A stretch of DNA of 64,000 nucleotides from Vulcanimicrobiota bacterium (GTDB lineage Bacteria; Vulcanimicrobiota; Vulcanimicrobiia; Vulcanimicrobiales; Vulcanimicrobiaceae): contig CAWCIZ010000003.1 of the NCBI GenBank assembly GCA_963795855.1, positions 128,001 through 192,000 on the forward strand, read 5' to 3'. The notes beneath the pieces are model-generated. The model made no database searches and was not told where the DNA came from. It was given only the letters and a program-made list of their open reading frames with translations. Shown one piece after another: positions 10,152 through 20,459 of the stretch. The position numbers were made by a program, and so were the translations under genes. Every line of letters begins with the position of its first letter. The stretch's first letter is position 1.

Positions 10152-11686
10152 CGGACGCTCCAAGTCTCGGGCGCGACGGGGAAGCGCAGCATATTGCGCG
10201 CAAAACCGCGGACGCGTCCGGAGACGCCGTCGAAATACGTTTCGTAATAGAGCGGGATCACGGGAACGTCATCATGCACCATTTGCTGCATCGCGAGAAA
10301 ATCTCGCTTGCGCCGCGTAGTCTTCGCGGTGCGTTCCTGATCGCGAAATAGCGCTTCGAACCGCGGATTGCAATACCGCGAAATATTATCGCCGTCCGGG
10401 TTTGCTTGCGAGCAGAGAAAGACGACCGACTGTTCCGGATCGGCGCCGCCTAACCACCCGTCAATAGAAATGCTGAAGCGCGCGTTGCGAATCGGCCCTT
10501 CCGGCGCGTTGAAAAGGGCGGTTGGAAAGCGCTTTATCGTCGCGTGCATACCGGCGTCCGACAGTTCCTGTTGCACCACCGTGGCGATGCGGTTGTAGAG
10601 CGGTTCTTCGCTTGCGGTGACGATGAGCACGTCGACGCTCCTTCCGCCAAGCAAAGCGCGGGCAGCCCGAACGTCATGCGGATACGACTGTATGCCGGCG
10701 TCATGCCAAGGCAAAACCGGCGGCAAGAACGCCGCAGCTTGCGGATAGGCGTGCTGGTAGGCGCGGGCGATGGTTTGCATGTCGAGGGCGTATGCAACGG
10801 CGCGGCGTACGCGCAAATCGTTCGCCGGCGCGCGGCTGGTCTGCAAACTCAGCCAAAAGGTGGCATTCTCCGGCGTTCGAACGAGCGTTATCGTTCGGAC
10901 CTCGCGTGCTCTCGCGAGCATATCCGGGTAAATCGGCGCGACATCGACGTCTCCCGCGCGCAACGCATTGAACGCGGCGTCCGAATTGGGGATGATGCGC
11001 AGCACGATGCGCTTGAGATGCGGTGCAGGGCGAAAGTACGGATTCGCGTCGAGGACGATGCGATCGCCGCGATACCACCGGGCGACGCGAAATGGCCCCG
11101 TCCCGAACGGCCGCTGTTCCCACGCCGCGCGCTGCAACTGCGTGTCCGCAAACGCGTGCGCCGGCAAGATGCCGAACGCAAAATCGGACTGCGCAAAAAG
11201 GCGGGAAACCGCCGCATTCCACGGCTGCTTGAGTCTGACGACGACCGTATGCGCGTCCGGCGTGCTCAATGAATCGATTCGCTGATACGCGTCGACGGAG
11301 AGCACGTTGTTGCGCGGATCGACTATGGCGCGGTACGTGAACGCCACGTCGGCCGAGGTGAGCGGCCGGCCGTCCGCAAAGCGCACGTTGCGCCGCAGAT
11401 GATACGTGATTCGCGTGCCGTCCTGCGAAATATCGCCGTTGCGTCGCGACGGGATCCTGGTCACGAGCACGGGCGTCAAGCGGTTCGAGGCGTCCACGCC
11501 GATAAGCGTCTGACAGATGAGCAGGTCGTAGCCGATTGTCATCTGATCGTGCGCCAGGAGCGGGTCCAAGGACGGCGGATCGACCACGTCGGCAATGCGC
11601 AAAATGCCGCCGCCTGCGGGCAGCGTCGCCCTGGCGCAAGCGCACAGCAGCACGGCAGAGACGAAAAAAGCCCAGAACCGCCGCAT
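10148..11686 (-). CDS. Peptide ABC transporter substrate-binding protein (family 5), lipoprotein
   Basis: Lipobox LLCAC, YHLRRNVRFADGRPLTSADVAFT, PFGTGPF. Confidence 0.88.
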   Translation of the reverse strand: MRRFWAFFVSAVLLCACARATLPAGGGILRIADVVDPPSLDPLLAHDQMTIGYDLLICQTLIGVDASNRLTPVLVTRIPSRRNGDISQDGTRITYHLRRNVRFADGRPLTSADVAFTYRAIVDPRNNVLSVDAYQRIDSLSTPDAHTVVVRLKQPWNAAVSRLFAQSDFAFGILPAHAFADTQLQRAAWEQRPFGTGPFRVARWYRGDRIVLDANPYFRPAPHLKRIVLRIIPNSDAAFNALRAGDVDVAPIYPDMLARAREVRTITLVRTPENATFWLSLQTSRAPANDLRVRRAVAYALDMQTIARAYQHAYPQAAAFLPPVLPWHDAGIQSYPHDVRAARALLGGRSVDVLIVTASEEPLYNRIATVVQQELSDAGMHATIKRFPTALFNAPEGPIRNARFSISIDGWLGGADPEQSVVFLCSQANPDGDNISRYCNPRFEALFRDQERTAKTTRRKRDFLAMQQMVHDDVPVIPLYYETYFDGVSGRVRGFARNMLRFPVAPETWSVR

Positions 11687-11726
11687 GCACGACGGTTCTG
11701 CGCTTTACGCCGGCGCCCCCTTGGCG

Positions 11727-13247
11727 CTATTTACCGGAGAGCGTCTTGTCGTACCAGCGATCCAAGTCGGCTTTATACGCCGCTCGAGCGCTCGGGCTCA
11801 GATAGATCATGTGTCCCGATTGGTACGAGTGGAAGACGATGTTTCGCTGAAGCGCGGGCGCGACGTCGAGGTGTTCGAACGTATACTTCGTCGCGAAGTA
11901 CGGCGTCGCGAAATCGTAGTATCCGTTTGCCGAGAACACTTGCAAATGCGGATTCTGAGACATCGCTTGCGCGATATCGGGCACCACGTTCGCCGGCGGA
12001 TCCTGCCCGTTGTGGTGCATGTCCCACCGCGCGCCGAGCAACGGTCCGTAAGACGTCGGCCGGTAGAAGAGATTCGTGTTGTAGTGGAGCTGTTCGCGGA
12101 TGTACTGATTCCACGTGGAAACTACCGCGCTGTTCATGCCGACGTCCGATGGATCGTAATTCGGAAAGTCGCCCAGACGGTCTACACCGTAGAGCGCGTA
12201 GCGCGCATCGTACCGCCCCAGCACGATGTCCTTGTCGCGCATGAGTTCCTTTTCGAACGTGTAGTAAGGAACGCGCATGTGCGAGTTGCGCAGGTATTGC
12301 GTGGAAAGGCCGAGATAGTTGTGCAACTTGTTGATGACGTCCGCACGCGTCGATGCGTCGAGCGTATCGCCCGCCGTCAATGCGTGCAAATATTCCGTAC
12401 CCGCGAAGTTCTCCACGACTTGCAGGAATGAAGCCAAACTTCCGCGCTGCCCGGGGATGCGGTGATGATACCATGCCGTCGCCGCTTCGCTCGGCAGATA
12501 CAGCACGTACGCCCAGTCGCCGCCGCCGATCGGATCGAAACCGCCCAACCCGGTCAAACCAAAGTTCAGGACCGACGATTGAAAGACGACGCCGTTGATT
12601 TGCACGTTCGCGTCTTGAAGCATGTTGACGAGCACCGCATCGCGCGTCGTGCCGTAGCTTTCACCGAAGAGAAACTTCGGAGAGTTCCAGCGATTGAATT
12701 GCGTGAGGTACCGCTGAATGAATTGCGTAAAAGCGCGGCCGTCCTGATCGACGCCCATGAAGTCCTTCGGTTTGCCATAACCGAGCACGCGGCTGTACCC
12801 CGTGTTCGGCGCATCGACGAAAACTTCGTCGGTTTTATCGAGCAAGCTATCGTGGTTGTCGACCAGCGCGTACGGCGCGGGCGGAGTTGCGGCGCCGTTC
12901 GTCACGTTGACGCGCACCGGCCCGTACGAGGCCATGCGCAGCCAAATCGTCGAACTTCCCGGACCGCCGTTATAGAAGAACGTTATCGGCCGTCTGCCGA
13001 GATCCGCGCCGTCTTTCGTGTAGGCGACGTAGAACATGCGCGCGGTGATCTTATCGTCCTCGTTGCGCAGCGTTATCGTCCCGGCACGCGCGCTGTACGG
13101 AATCGTTTGGCCGTCGACGTGGTTGACGTGATGCGTCACCGCATCCGGCGTTGCAGGCGGAATGTATGGGTGCGGCGTCGGTTTGGGCGCCGGTGCGGCG
13201 GCAAGCAGCGCCACCGCGAGGATACTAGCGACGCAGCGCATTGTCAT
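11727..13247 (-). CDS. Secreted serine carboxypeptidase, family S10
   Basis: FFYNGGPGSS, GESYG nucleophile, GYYDFATP, SGHMIY. Confidence 0.9.
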   Translation of the reverse strand: MTMRCVASILAVALLAAAPAPKPTPHPYIPPATPDAVTHHVNHVDGQTIPYSARAGTITLRNEDDKITARMFYVAYTKDGADLGRRPITFFYNGGPGSSTIWLRMASYGPVRVNVTNGAATPPAPYALVDNHDSLLDKTDEVFVDAPNTGYSRVLGYGKPKDFMGVDQDGRAFTQFIQRYLTQFNRWNSPKFLFGESYGTTRDAVLVNMLQDANVQINGVVFQSSVLNFGLTGLGGFDPIGGGDWAYVLYLPSEAATAWYHHRIPGQRGSLASFLQVVENFAGTEYLHALTAGDTLDASTRADVINKLHNYLGLSTQYLRNSHMRVPYYTFEKELMRDKDIVLGRYDARYALYGVDRLGDFPNYDPSDVGMNSAVVSTWNQYIREQLHYNTNLFYRPTSYGPLLGARWDMHHNGQDPPANVVPDIAQAMSQNPHLQVFSANGYYDFATPYFATKYTFEHLDVAPALQRNIVFHSYQSGHMIYLSPSARAAYKADLDRWYDKTLSGK

Positions 13248-14775
13248 ACCACCTTCCCAGATCCGCCTTGTACGCGGCAAGCGCGGTATCGTCCAGATAG
13301 ATCATGTGCCCGGATTGATAGAAGCCGTACGTGATGTTGTTCTGCAGCGAGGGCGCGATTTCCAGATGCTGCAGCGTGTAGACCGTAGCGAAAAACGGCG
13401 TCGCGAAATCGTAGTAACCGTTCGCTGAGAACACCTTCAGATCCGGGTTCTGCGTCATCGCGTCCGCAAGGTCCGGCGCGACGTTCGTCGGCTGACGCCG
13501 GTTGTGGGTGAAGTCCCACGAACTGCCGTTGGAATAGATGATGCCGTAGATGTTGGCGCGATACGGAATCGGCGGATTGTATTGGAGATCTTCGCGCACG
13601 TACTGATTCACGGCCGTCGTATAGGGTGCATCGATTGAAGAATCGGTCGGATCCCACGGCGGACCTTCGTTGGACGCTTCGTGCAGCCCGTACGTCGTGT
13701 AGCGCGAATCGAGACGTCCGAAGACGACGCCTTGCCCGCGCAGCAGTTCGCGCTGATACCGATCGTACGGCACGCGCAGATTTGACTCTAAAACGTACGA
13801 CTCCGGAATTCCGAGGTAGTAGCTGAGCCTGCGAGCCACGGCGTCGCGCTGCGCCGATCCGATCGCATTTCCTTTGTACAGCGCATCCAGATATGCTCCG
13901 GTTGCGAAATGTTCCACGTCGCTCAGGAACGTTGAGAGATCCGCGGGCTTGTTCGAAACTTTGTTATGATACCACGCGGTCGCCGCTTCGGTGGGGAGGT
14001 AGAGCACGTAAGGCCAATCACCCGTCGCGTTCGGTTCGCCGTTGCCGTAGTCTAAGCCGAAATTCAAAATGCTCGACTGGAGCACGACGCCGTTGAGCGA
14101 GATACCGTGCTGTAAGAGATAATCGGCGAGCGCCGCGGAGCGCGTCGTACCGTAACTTTCGCCGAAGATGAATTTCGGCGAATTCCAGCGGTTGAATTTG
14201 GTGATGTAGTTTTCGATGAACTGCCCGAACGCCGCGACGTCTTGATCGACGCCGAAGAAGTCGCTTGGCTTGCCGGCGCCGACGAAACGTCCGAAACCGC
14301 TGTCCGGCATGTCGATGAACACCAGGTCGCTCTTGTCGAGTAAACTGTATGGATTATCTGAGATTCGGTACGGCGGCGGTCCCGACGGGCGTCCATTACC
14401 CGCGAGCACGCGCACCGGGCCGACCGAGCCCATACGCAGCCACATCGTCGAACTGCCCGGCCCGCCGTTGTATAAAAACGTTACCGGGCGCGTTGGCGAG
14501 TCGACGTTGTCGAGCGTGTACGCGGTGTAGAATACACGCGCCGTCGGCTGGCCTTGCTCGTTGGACAGCGTTATCGTTCCGGCGCGCGCGGAATACGCGT
14601 ACGACGTACCGCCGATCGTGTCGGTGTGATGCGTGACTGCATCGGGCATTTCGCCGGCGGCAGAGGCCGGCTGCGGCGATGGCGATGTGGAAGGTAACGG
14701 TGCCGGCGCTGGAGCCGCGCCCAGCAGCAACACTCCGGCAATCATCGCTGCCAGGACGTTTCTCGCAAAGTGCAT
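13225..14775 (-). CDS. Secreted serine carboxypeptidase, family S10 (paralogue)
   Basis: FLYNGGPGSS, GESYG, GYYDFATP, SGHMIY. Confidence 0.9.
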   Translation of the reverse strand: MHFARNVLAAMIAGVLLLGAAPAPAPLPSTSPSPQPASAAGEMPDAVTHHTDTIGGTSYAYSARAGTITLSNEQGQPTARVFYTAYTLDNVDSPTRPVTFLYNGGPGSSTMWLRMGSVGPVRVLAGNGRPSGPPPYRISDNPYSLLDKSDLVFIDMPDSGFGRFVGAGKPSDFFGVDQDVAAFGQFIENYITKFNRWNSPKFIFGESYGTTRSAALADYLLQHGISLNGVVLQSSILNFGLDYGNGEPNATGDWPYVLYLPTEAATAWYHNKVSNKPADLSTFLSDVEHFATGAYLDALYKGNAIGSAQRDAVARRLSYYLGIPESYVLESNLRVPYDRYQRELLRGQGVVFGRLDSRYTTYGLHEASNEGPPWDPTDSSIDAPYTTAVNQYVREDLQYNPPIPYRANIYGIIYSNGSSWDFTHNRRQPTNVAPDLADAMTQNPDLKVFSANGYYDFATPFFATVYTLQHLEIAPSLQNNITYGFYQSGHMIYLDDTALAAYKADLGRWYDNALRR

Positions 14776-14786
14776 GCGAGTCTATA

Positions 14787-15071
14787 CTACAGGGCTTTGC
14801 CGCTCTCCGTGGTGCCTGAGATTAGGCACGCATCCATGCCGAGCGGCGCGTCGTCCGGTGTGGTCATCGATTCTTCGGCGCTTATCTCGCTCGGGACGTT
14901 GAGTTCGTTCGTATGCCGGGACGAACACGCGACGCGCACGACGGCCTCGGCAGGCGGGTCCTCTCGCGTAAACGTGACCGGATCGCCTTGCGCGTCGACG
15001 ATGAACGAACGCGCGCCGGCCCGGGCGAGCAACTCGGAACATTCGGCGCATCGTAATTCCTTCAGATGCAC
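14787..15071 (-). CDS. Small hypothetical protein with CxxC and CxxxH (possible Zn-binding)
   Basis: MHLKELRCAECSELLA...VACSSRHTNEL...DACL. Start approximate (GTG). Confidence 0.6.
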   Translation of the reverse strand: MHLKELRCAECSELLARAGARSFIVDAQGDPVTFTREDPPAEAVVRVACSSRHTNELNVPSEISAEESMTTPDDAPLGMDACLISGTTESGKAL

Positions 15072-15085
15072 CAAACTCAAAAATA

Positions 15086-15478
15086 TCAAGGATATAATTC
15101 CCGTTTGAGATCGTCGACGGCTTCGGAGATCGCATCCAAATAGGGAAGCATGCCGCCCTTGATGCGCAGCAAGCGCGCCTCGCCTTCGGCTGTTATGTGG
15201 TAAATGCGGCGCGAGCGTTTGGTTGGATGGTCCCATGTGGCGGAAAGAAATCCTCGCTCTTCCAGTCTGCGAAGGAGCGGATAGATCTTGTTCGTGTTCA
15301 CGGCAATGAGGCCGCCGCAAAGGTCATCGATTCGCTGCATCAATCCGTAGCCGTGATCCGGATGTTTTTTCAACAAATGCAAAATCAGGACCGGAAAGAC
15401 CGTCTTGCTCTTGATCGGCCCTTTGAGGACCTCGTCGACGCGATGCGCGTGCGAATCGTGCGGATCGTTCGCGGTCAC
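15086..15478 (-). CDS. PadR-family transcriptional regulator
   Basis: ILHLL...HGYGLMQRI...IYPLLRRLEERGFL...RRIYHITAEG. GTG start overlaps the upstream TAG. Confidence 0.88.
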   Translation of the reverse strand: MTANDPHDSHAHRVDEVLKGPIKSKTVFPVLILHLLKKHPDHGYGLMQRIDDLCGGLIAVNTNKIYPLLRRLEERGFLSATWDHPTKRSRRIYHITAEGEARLLRIKGGMLPYLDAISEAVDDLKRELYP

Positions 15479-17277
15479 TAGACGGCTGCCGGCGCAGCGT
15501 GCTCCGAGTAAAGGCGCGCGATTTCGGCGGCGTACCGCGCCTCGACGACGCGGCGCTTCACCTTGAGCGTGGGCGACAGCTCGCCGTTTTCGACGGTGAG
15601 TTCGCGCGGCAGCACGACGATCTTTCGCACTTGTTCGAATTTCGCCAAGTCGTCCGTGTTGCGGCGAACCTCGCGAGTCAAGAATTCGACGACGTCGGGG
15701 CGGTGCTCGAGATCTTGCACCGGTACATTCGCCGCGATGTTCAGCTCCATGCGCAGCAGATCCCAATTGGGCGAGACGAGCGCCACGGGGTGCGGACGGG
15801 AATCGCCGACCAGCATTACCTGATTGATGTACACCGAGCGTTTTATCGCGCCTTCGACGCGAGCCGGCGCGATGAATTTTCCGCCGGAGGTTTTGAACAA
15901 TTCTTTCTTGCGATCGGTGATCCGCAAATAGCCCTCCGCATCGATCGCGCCGATGTCTCCGGTATGATACCAGCCCCCTTCCATCGCTTGCGCGGTCGCT
16001 TCCGGATTCTTGTAATACCCCATCATCACGTTCGGTCCGCGCGCGAGCACCTCGCCGTCTTCCGCTATTTTGATCTCGACGCCGGGAATCGGCTTGCCGA
16101 CCGTTCCGTAGTGGTTGTCTTCCGAGACGTTTACGGTAATGACCGGCGAACATTCCGTCGGGCCGTATCCTTCGACGATCGGAATGCCGGCGGCAAGCAG
16201 CGTCATCGCGGTGTCGAAGTGCAGCGCAGCGGAGCCGCTCACGAAAAAGCGCAGGCGATCCAGGCCGAGCATCGGCCGCAATTTCTTCAGTACGAGCGCG
16301 CGGGCGATGCGGTATTGCAGCGCAAGCAGCGCATTCACGCTCTTTTTTTGCGTCTTGGCCGTCATATACTCGCGACCGGTTTCGAGGGCCCACGGAATGA
16401 GTTTTGCGCGCAAACCGCCGTGCACTTTCGCTTTGGTCGCAATGCCGGCCAGCACGCGTTCGAAAATACGCGGCACGGCAGTCATGGAAACGGGCCGCAC
16501 TTCACGCAGATCCGCTAGCAGCTCGTCGACATGGTGCGAGATGTGATGGTGCACGCCGGCGAGCATGTATCCGTAGAGGATGCAGTGCTCGTAGATGTGC
16601 GAGAACGGCAGCACCGAAAGCACGTCGCTTTCCGGCGCGATCACATCGAACGCGTGGCTGAACGAGGACTGCGCCGTAAAGCCGAGGTTGTAATGCGAGA
16701 GCATGACGCCTTTGGGCTCGCCCGTGGTTCCCGACGTATAAATGAGCACGGCCAGGTCGTCCGGCGATATTTGCGCTTCAAAGGCTTGCGGCCACTCCGG
16801 ACGCTGCGCGCGCACCTCCGCACCCCGCGCTTCGAAAGACGAGAGCGATTCGCCGCCCGCACTTTCGAACACGACCAGACGCGGCAATTGCATCGCCAGA
16901 CGGCGCAGGCGTTCCGCCGCTGCTTCCGTATCGACGAAGATCAGTTTCGCTTCCGAATTCTGCAGGATGTACTGGACTTGATCGGCGGCCTGCGTCGGAA
17001 AGATCGGAACGACGACGCACCCGGCGAACAACGTCCCGAAGTCGCTCACGATCCAGTTCACGCAATCCGCGGCGATAAGCGCGACACGATCGCCGGCGGA
17101 CAGACCCGCATCCCGAATAGCGCACGCGAGGTTCGCGCACCGCGTCAGCAGCTCGCCGGCCGACGTCGGCGTCCATTTGCCGTCCACGCGTTCAACCAAA
17201 GCGCCAGCGCGCGGGCGCGCGAGTGAGCGGCGGATGAGCGCGGGAAGCGTTTCTTTCGCCGGCAGCCGATTTTCCAT
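15478..17277 (-). CDS. Long-chain fatty-acid--CoA ligase (AMP-dependent synthetase)
   Basis: IYTSGTTGEPKG, EGYGPTE, WYHTGDIG, ITDRKKELFKTSGGKFIAP. Confidence 0.9.
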   Translation of the reverse strand: MENRLPAKETLPALIRRSLARPRAGALVERVDGKWTPTSAGELLTRCANLACAIRDAGLSAGDRVALIAADCVNWIVSDFGTLFAGCVVVPIFPTQAADQVQYILQNSEAKLIFVDTEAAAERLRRLAMQLPRLVVFESAGGESLSSFEARGAEVRAQRPEWPQAFEAQISPDDLAVLIYTSGTTGEPKGVMLSHYNLGFTAQSSFSHAFDVIAPESDVLSVLPFSHIYEHCILYGYMLAGVHHHISHHVDELLADLREVRPVSMTAVPRIFERVLAGIATKAKVHGGLRAKLIPWALETGREYMTAKTQKKSVNALLALQYRIARALVLKKLRPMLGLDRLRFFVSGSAALHFDTAMTLLAAGIPIVEGYGPTECSPVITVNVSEDNHYGTVGKPIPGVEIKIAEDGEVLARGPNVMMGYYKNPEATAQAMEGGWYHTGDIGAIDAEGYLRITDRKKELFKTSGGKFIAPARVEGAIKRSVYINQVMLVGDSRPHPVALVSPNWDLLRMELNIAANVPVQDLEHRPDVVEFLTREVRRNTDDLAKFEQVRKIVVLPRELTVENGELSPTLKVKRRVVEARYAAEIARLYSEHAAPAAV

Positions 17278-17320
17278 GTGCCGAATAGGGATTCGCCCGG
17301 CTTTTCTCCGGGTCCCTTTG

Positions 17321-17920
17321 CTACGGCGGCGTGGTTACGATCGCGTACGCCGCCATCGCGTCGATTCGCCGCTGCGTCATGCCCGCGACGTCCGCGAGTT
17401 CGTCGAGCGATCCGAAGGGCCCGTTCAAACGGCGAAATTCGACGATGCGCGACGCGAGCGTCGGCCCTATGCCTGGTATTGCGGACAACGCGTTTTCGTC
17501 CGCGGCATTCACGTCGACGCGCAGCGGCGGTGCGGCTTTCTTGCGCCTGCGTCGCGACTGTGATGTTTTCCGGGCTGCAGCTTCTCCCAGACGCAAGACG
17601 CGAATTTCCTCGCCGTCGCTGACCCGCTCCGCCAAATTCACCGCCGCCGGGTCGGCGTCGGCACGCAGGCCGCCGGCGCGCTCCACCGCATCGTTCACGC
17701 GCGAGCCGCTTGACACGCGATACAAACCGGGACGGCCAACGGCTCCGACAACGTACACGAGACTCGTTTCGCCCGCGCTTGCGAACGCATGTCCTTTTCG
17801 CGGATGGCTCGCCATCGCGACAGCCTGCGGAACGGCGACGATCGGCGCCGGGGGCGCCGGATGATGCAGCGCCAATAAGACGGCGACTGCGGCACCCGCC
17901 AGGACAAGCAAACGCTTCAT
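17321..17920 (-). CDS. comEA: Competence DNA-binding protein ComEA
   Basis: SLBB part VYVVGAVGRPGLY...VNLAERVSDGEEI and HhH part VDVNAA...IPGIGPTLASRIVEFR. Confidence 0.9.
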   Translation of the reverse strand: MKRLLVLAGAAVAVLLALHHPAPPAPIVAVPQAVAMASHPRKGHAFASAGETSLVYVVGAVGRPGLYRVSSGSRVNDAVERAGGLRADADPAAVNLAERVSDGEEIRVLRLGEAAARKTSQSRRRRKKAAPPLRVDVNAADENALSAIPGIGPTLASRIVEFRRLNGPFGSLDELADVAGMTQRRIDAMAAYAIVTTPP

Positions 17921-17990
17921 GTCCGCCCATCACGCGCCGCGCTCGTGCGGAAAGGGGTGCGGCACTGCATTTCCCTATAAAGTGCACCTT

Positions 17991-20459
17991 ATGGCCGAGA
18001 CCTACGATTACCGAACCACGGAACGGAAATGGCAGCAGCGCTGGGATGAAGACGGCATTTTCCGCGCTTCTGAAGACGCCTCGCGCCCCAAGTATTATGC
18101 CATGGAGATGCTTCCGTATCCGTCGGGCGATCTGCACGTCGGCCATGCGAAAAATTACACCATCGGCGATGCCGTGGCGCGCATGATGCGCATGCTCGGC
18201 TATAACGTTCTGCATCCGATGGGCTGGGACGCGTTCGGTTTGCCGGCGGAAAACGCGGCCATTCAACGCGGCGCCGATCCGAACGTTTGGACGCGCGAAA
18301 ACATCGCGAACATGGAGCGGCAAGTTCGCTTGATGGGAACCGGGTACGACTGGAGCCGGGAAATCGCCACCTGCGATCCGGCGTACTATCGCTGGAACCA
18401 GTGGCTGTTCTTGCGGCTTTACGAACAAGGATTGGCGTACAAGCGCGAAGCGCCCGTGAACTGGTGCCCGAACGATCAAACGGTGCTTGCGAATGAGCAG
18501 GTCGTCGACGGCCGCTGCTGGCGTTGCTCCGCGGTGGTCGAGCGGCGCAACCTCTCGCAGTGGTTCTTGAAAATAACTGCATATGCCGACCGCCTTCTCG
18601 ACGATTTAGAAAAACTCGAAGGGTGGCCCGAGCGTACCCGAACGATGCAGCGCAACTGGATCGGCCGCAGCCAAGGCACGCAGTTTTCCTTCGCTATCGA
18701 TAATTCCGAGGAACGCATCGGCGTCTTCACCACGCGCGTCGACACGATCTTCGGCGTTACGTATCTGGCTGTGGCGCCGGAGCATCCCGTCGTGGAAAAA
18801 ATCGTCACGAAGAAATATCAAAGCGCGGTGCGCGATTTCGCCGAGAGTTTGAAATCCCGATCGGAACTCGAGCGGACGAGCCTCATGGAGAAACAGGGCA
18901 TTTTCACCGGCGCGTTCGCGGTGAATCCGCTCTCACACGAACGAATCCCCATCTGGGTCACGAATTACGTGCTCGCCGAGTACGGGACCGGAGCGGTTAT
19001 GGGCGTTCCCGCGCACGACGAGCGCGATTTCGATTTTGCGAGAAAGCACGGTTTGCCGATCGCGCAAGTCGTCATCGCTCCCGGCGGCGGCGTGCAGGCG
19101 CCTCTACAATCTGCATACCTCGAAGACGGACGTTTGATAGCGAGCGGCGATTTCAGCGGCATGTCGAGCGGGCGCGCTCGCAACGCGATTACCGACCGCC
19201 TTGCCGCACTGGGCTTAGGGGAAGCGCAAGTCAATTACCGCTTTCGCGACTGGCTCGTCTCCCGTCAACGTTATTGGGGAACGCCGATCCCGATCGTCTA
19301 TTGCGAGCAGTGCGGCGAAGTCGCCGTCCCCGACGATCAGTTGCCGGTACTCCTTCCGCAGAACGTGCCGATCACCGGCGAAGGATCGCCCCTGGCTCGC
19401 GATCCGTCGTTTACAAATACGACGTGTCCGAAATGCGGCGGCGCCGCAAAGCGCGAGAGCGATACCATGGACACGTTTTTCGAATCGTCGTGGTATTATT
19501 TGCGCTACCTCGATCCGCACAACGATCGCGAACCATGGTCGCCGGCCAAAGCGCGGTATTGGATGCCCGTCGACCAATACATCGGCGGCTCCGAACACGC
19601 CGTACTGCATTTGCTGTACTCGCGGTTTTTCTACAAGTTTTTTCACGACCAAGGGTGGGTTGCCGGGCCGGATGAGCCTTTTACGCGTCTCTTTCATCAG
19701 GGCATGGTTCTGTACAACGGCGAAAAGATGAGCAAGTCGCGCGGCAACGTCGTCGGCATCGATTACACGGCCGACGCGAACGGCGTCGACGCGATGCGCT
19801 TATTCTTGCTTTACGTGACGCCGCCGGAAGATACGAGTGATTGGACGGACGAAGGAATCAGCGGACGCGTGCGTTTCATCAACCGGGTTTGGCGTGCGTG
19901 CGAACCGTTTGCCGAACGAGCGCGTCGCAGCGATCTGCATGCGCTGCCGCCGGTGGCGAGCCCCGAGGAAAAGGCGCTGCTTCGCGCCGTCCATCTTGCG
20001 GCAAAGTCCGCGATCGACGAAACGCTTTCACGCCGCTTCCACTACAACGCCACAATCGCGCGCTTGGACGAGTACGTGAACGCGCTGACGGCACTGGAAC
20101 AGACGAATCCGGACTCTCCTGTGGTCGCGTATGCCGTGCACGCAATCCCGCTCGTCATCGCACCGTTTGCGCCGCACATCGCCGAAGAGTTGTGGAGCCG
20201 CTTGGGATACACCGCTTCGGTGCATGTGGAACGCTATTTCGAACCCGCGGATGCCGCGCTTGCGGTCGACGAAATTACCCTCGTCGTGCAAGTCAACGGC
20301 AAGATTCGCGCGCGCGTACAGACTGCGCCCGGCATAAGTGAGGACGAAGCCTATGCGCTGGCCCTGGAGCAGGGCGCCGTCCAAGCGCAACTCGACGGCA
20401 AAGAGATTCGCAAACGCATTTACGTTCCGGGCAAGCTCTTGAATTTAGTCGTCGCTTAG
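17991..20459 (+). CDS. leuS: Leucine--tRNA ligase
   Basis: MLPYPSGDLHVGH (HIGH), KMSKS, DWLVSRQRYWGTPIP, C-terminal VQVNGK..YVPGKLLNLV. Confidence 0.97.
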   Translation: MAETYDYRTTERKWQQRWDEDGIFRASEDASRPKYYAMEMLPYPSGDLHVGHAKNYTIGDAVARMMRMLGYNVLHPMGWDAFGLPAENAAIQRGADPNVWTRENIANMERQVRLMGTGYDWSREIATCDPAYYRWNQWLFLRLYEQGLAYKREAPVNWCPNDQTVLANEQVVDGRCWRCSAVVERRNLSQWFLKITAYADRLLDDLEKLEGWPERTRTMQRNWIGRSQGTQFSFAIDNSEERIGVFTTRVDTIFGVTYLAVAPEHPVVEKIVTKKYQSAVRDFAESLKSRSELERTSLMEKQGIFTGAFAVNPLSHERIPIWVTNYVLAEYGTGAVMGVPAHDERDFDFARKHGLPIAQVVIAPGGGVQAPLQSAYLEDGRLIASGDFSGMSSGRARNAITDRLAALGLGEAQVNYRFRDWLVSRQRYWGTPIPIVYCEQCGEVAVPDDQLPVLLPQNVPITGEGSPLARDPSFTNTTCPKCGGAAKRESDTMDTFFESSWYYLRYLDPHNDREPWSPAKARYWMPVDQYIGGSEHAVLHLLYSRFFYKFFHDQGWVAGPDEPFTRLFHQGMVLYNGEKMSKSRGNVVGIDYTADANGVDAMRLFLLYVTPPEDTSDWTDEGISGRVRFINRVWRACEPFAERARRSDLHALPPVASPEEKALLRAVHLAAKSAIDETLSRRFHYNATIARLDEYVNALTALEQTNPDSPVVAYAVHAIPLVIAPFAPHIAEELWSRLGYTASVHVERYFEPADAALAVDEITLVVQVNGKIRARVQTAPGISEDEAYALALEQGAVQAQLDGKEIRKRIYVPGKLLNLVVA

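Noticed and set aside
17921..17990. T-box riboswitch upstream of leuS
   Set aside because: Only 70 bp separate leuS from divergent comEA, and there is no T-box consensus.
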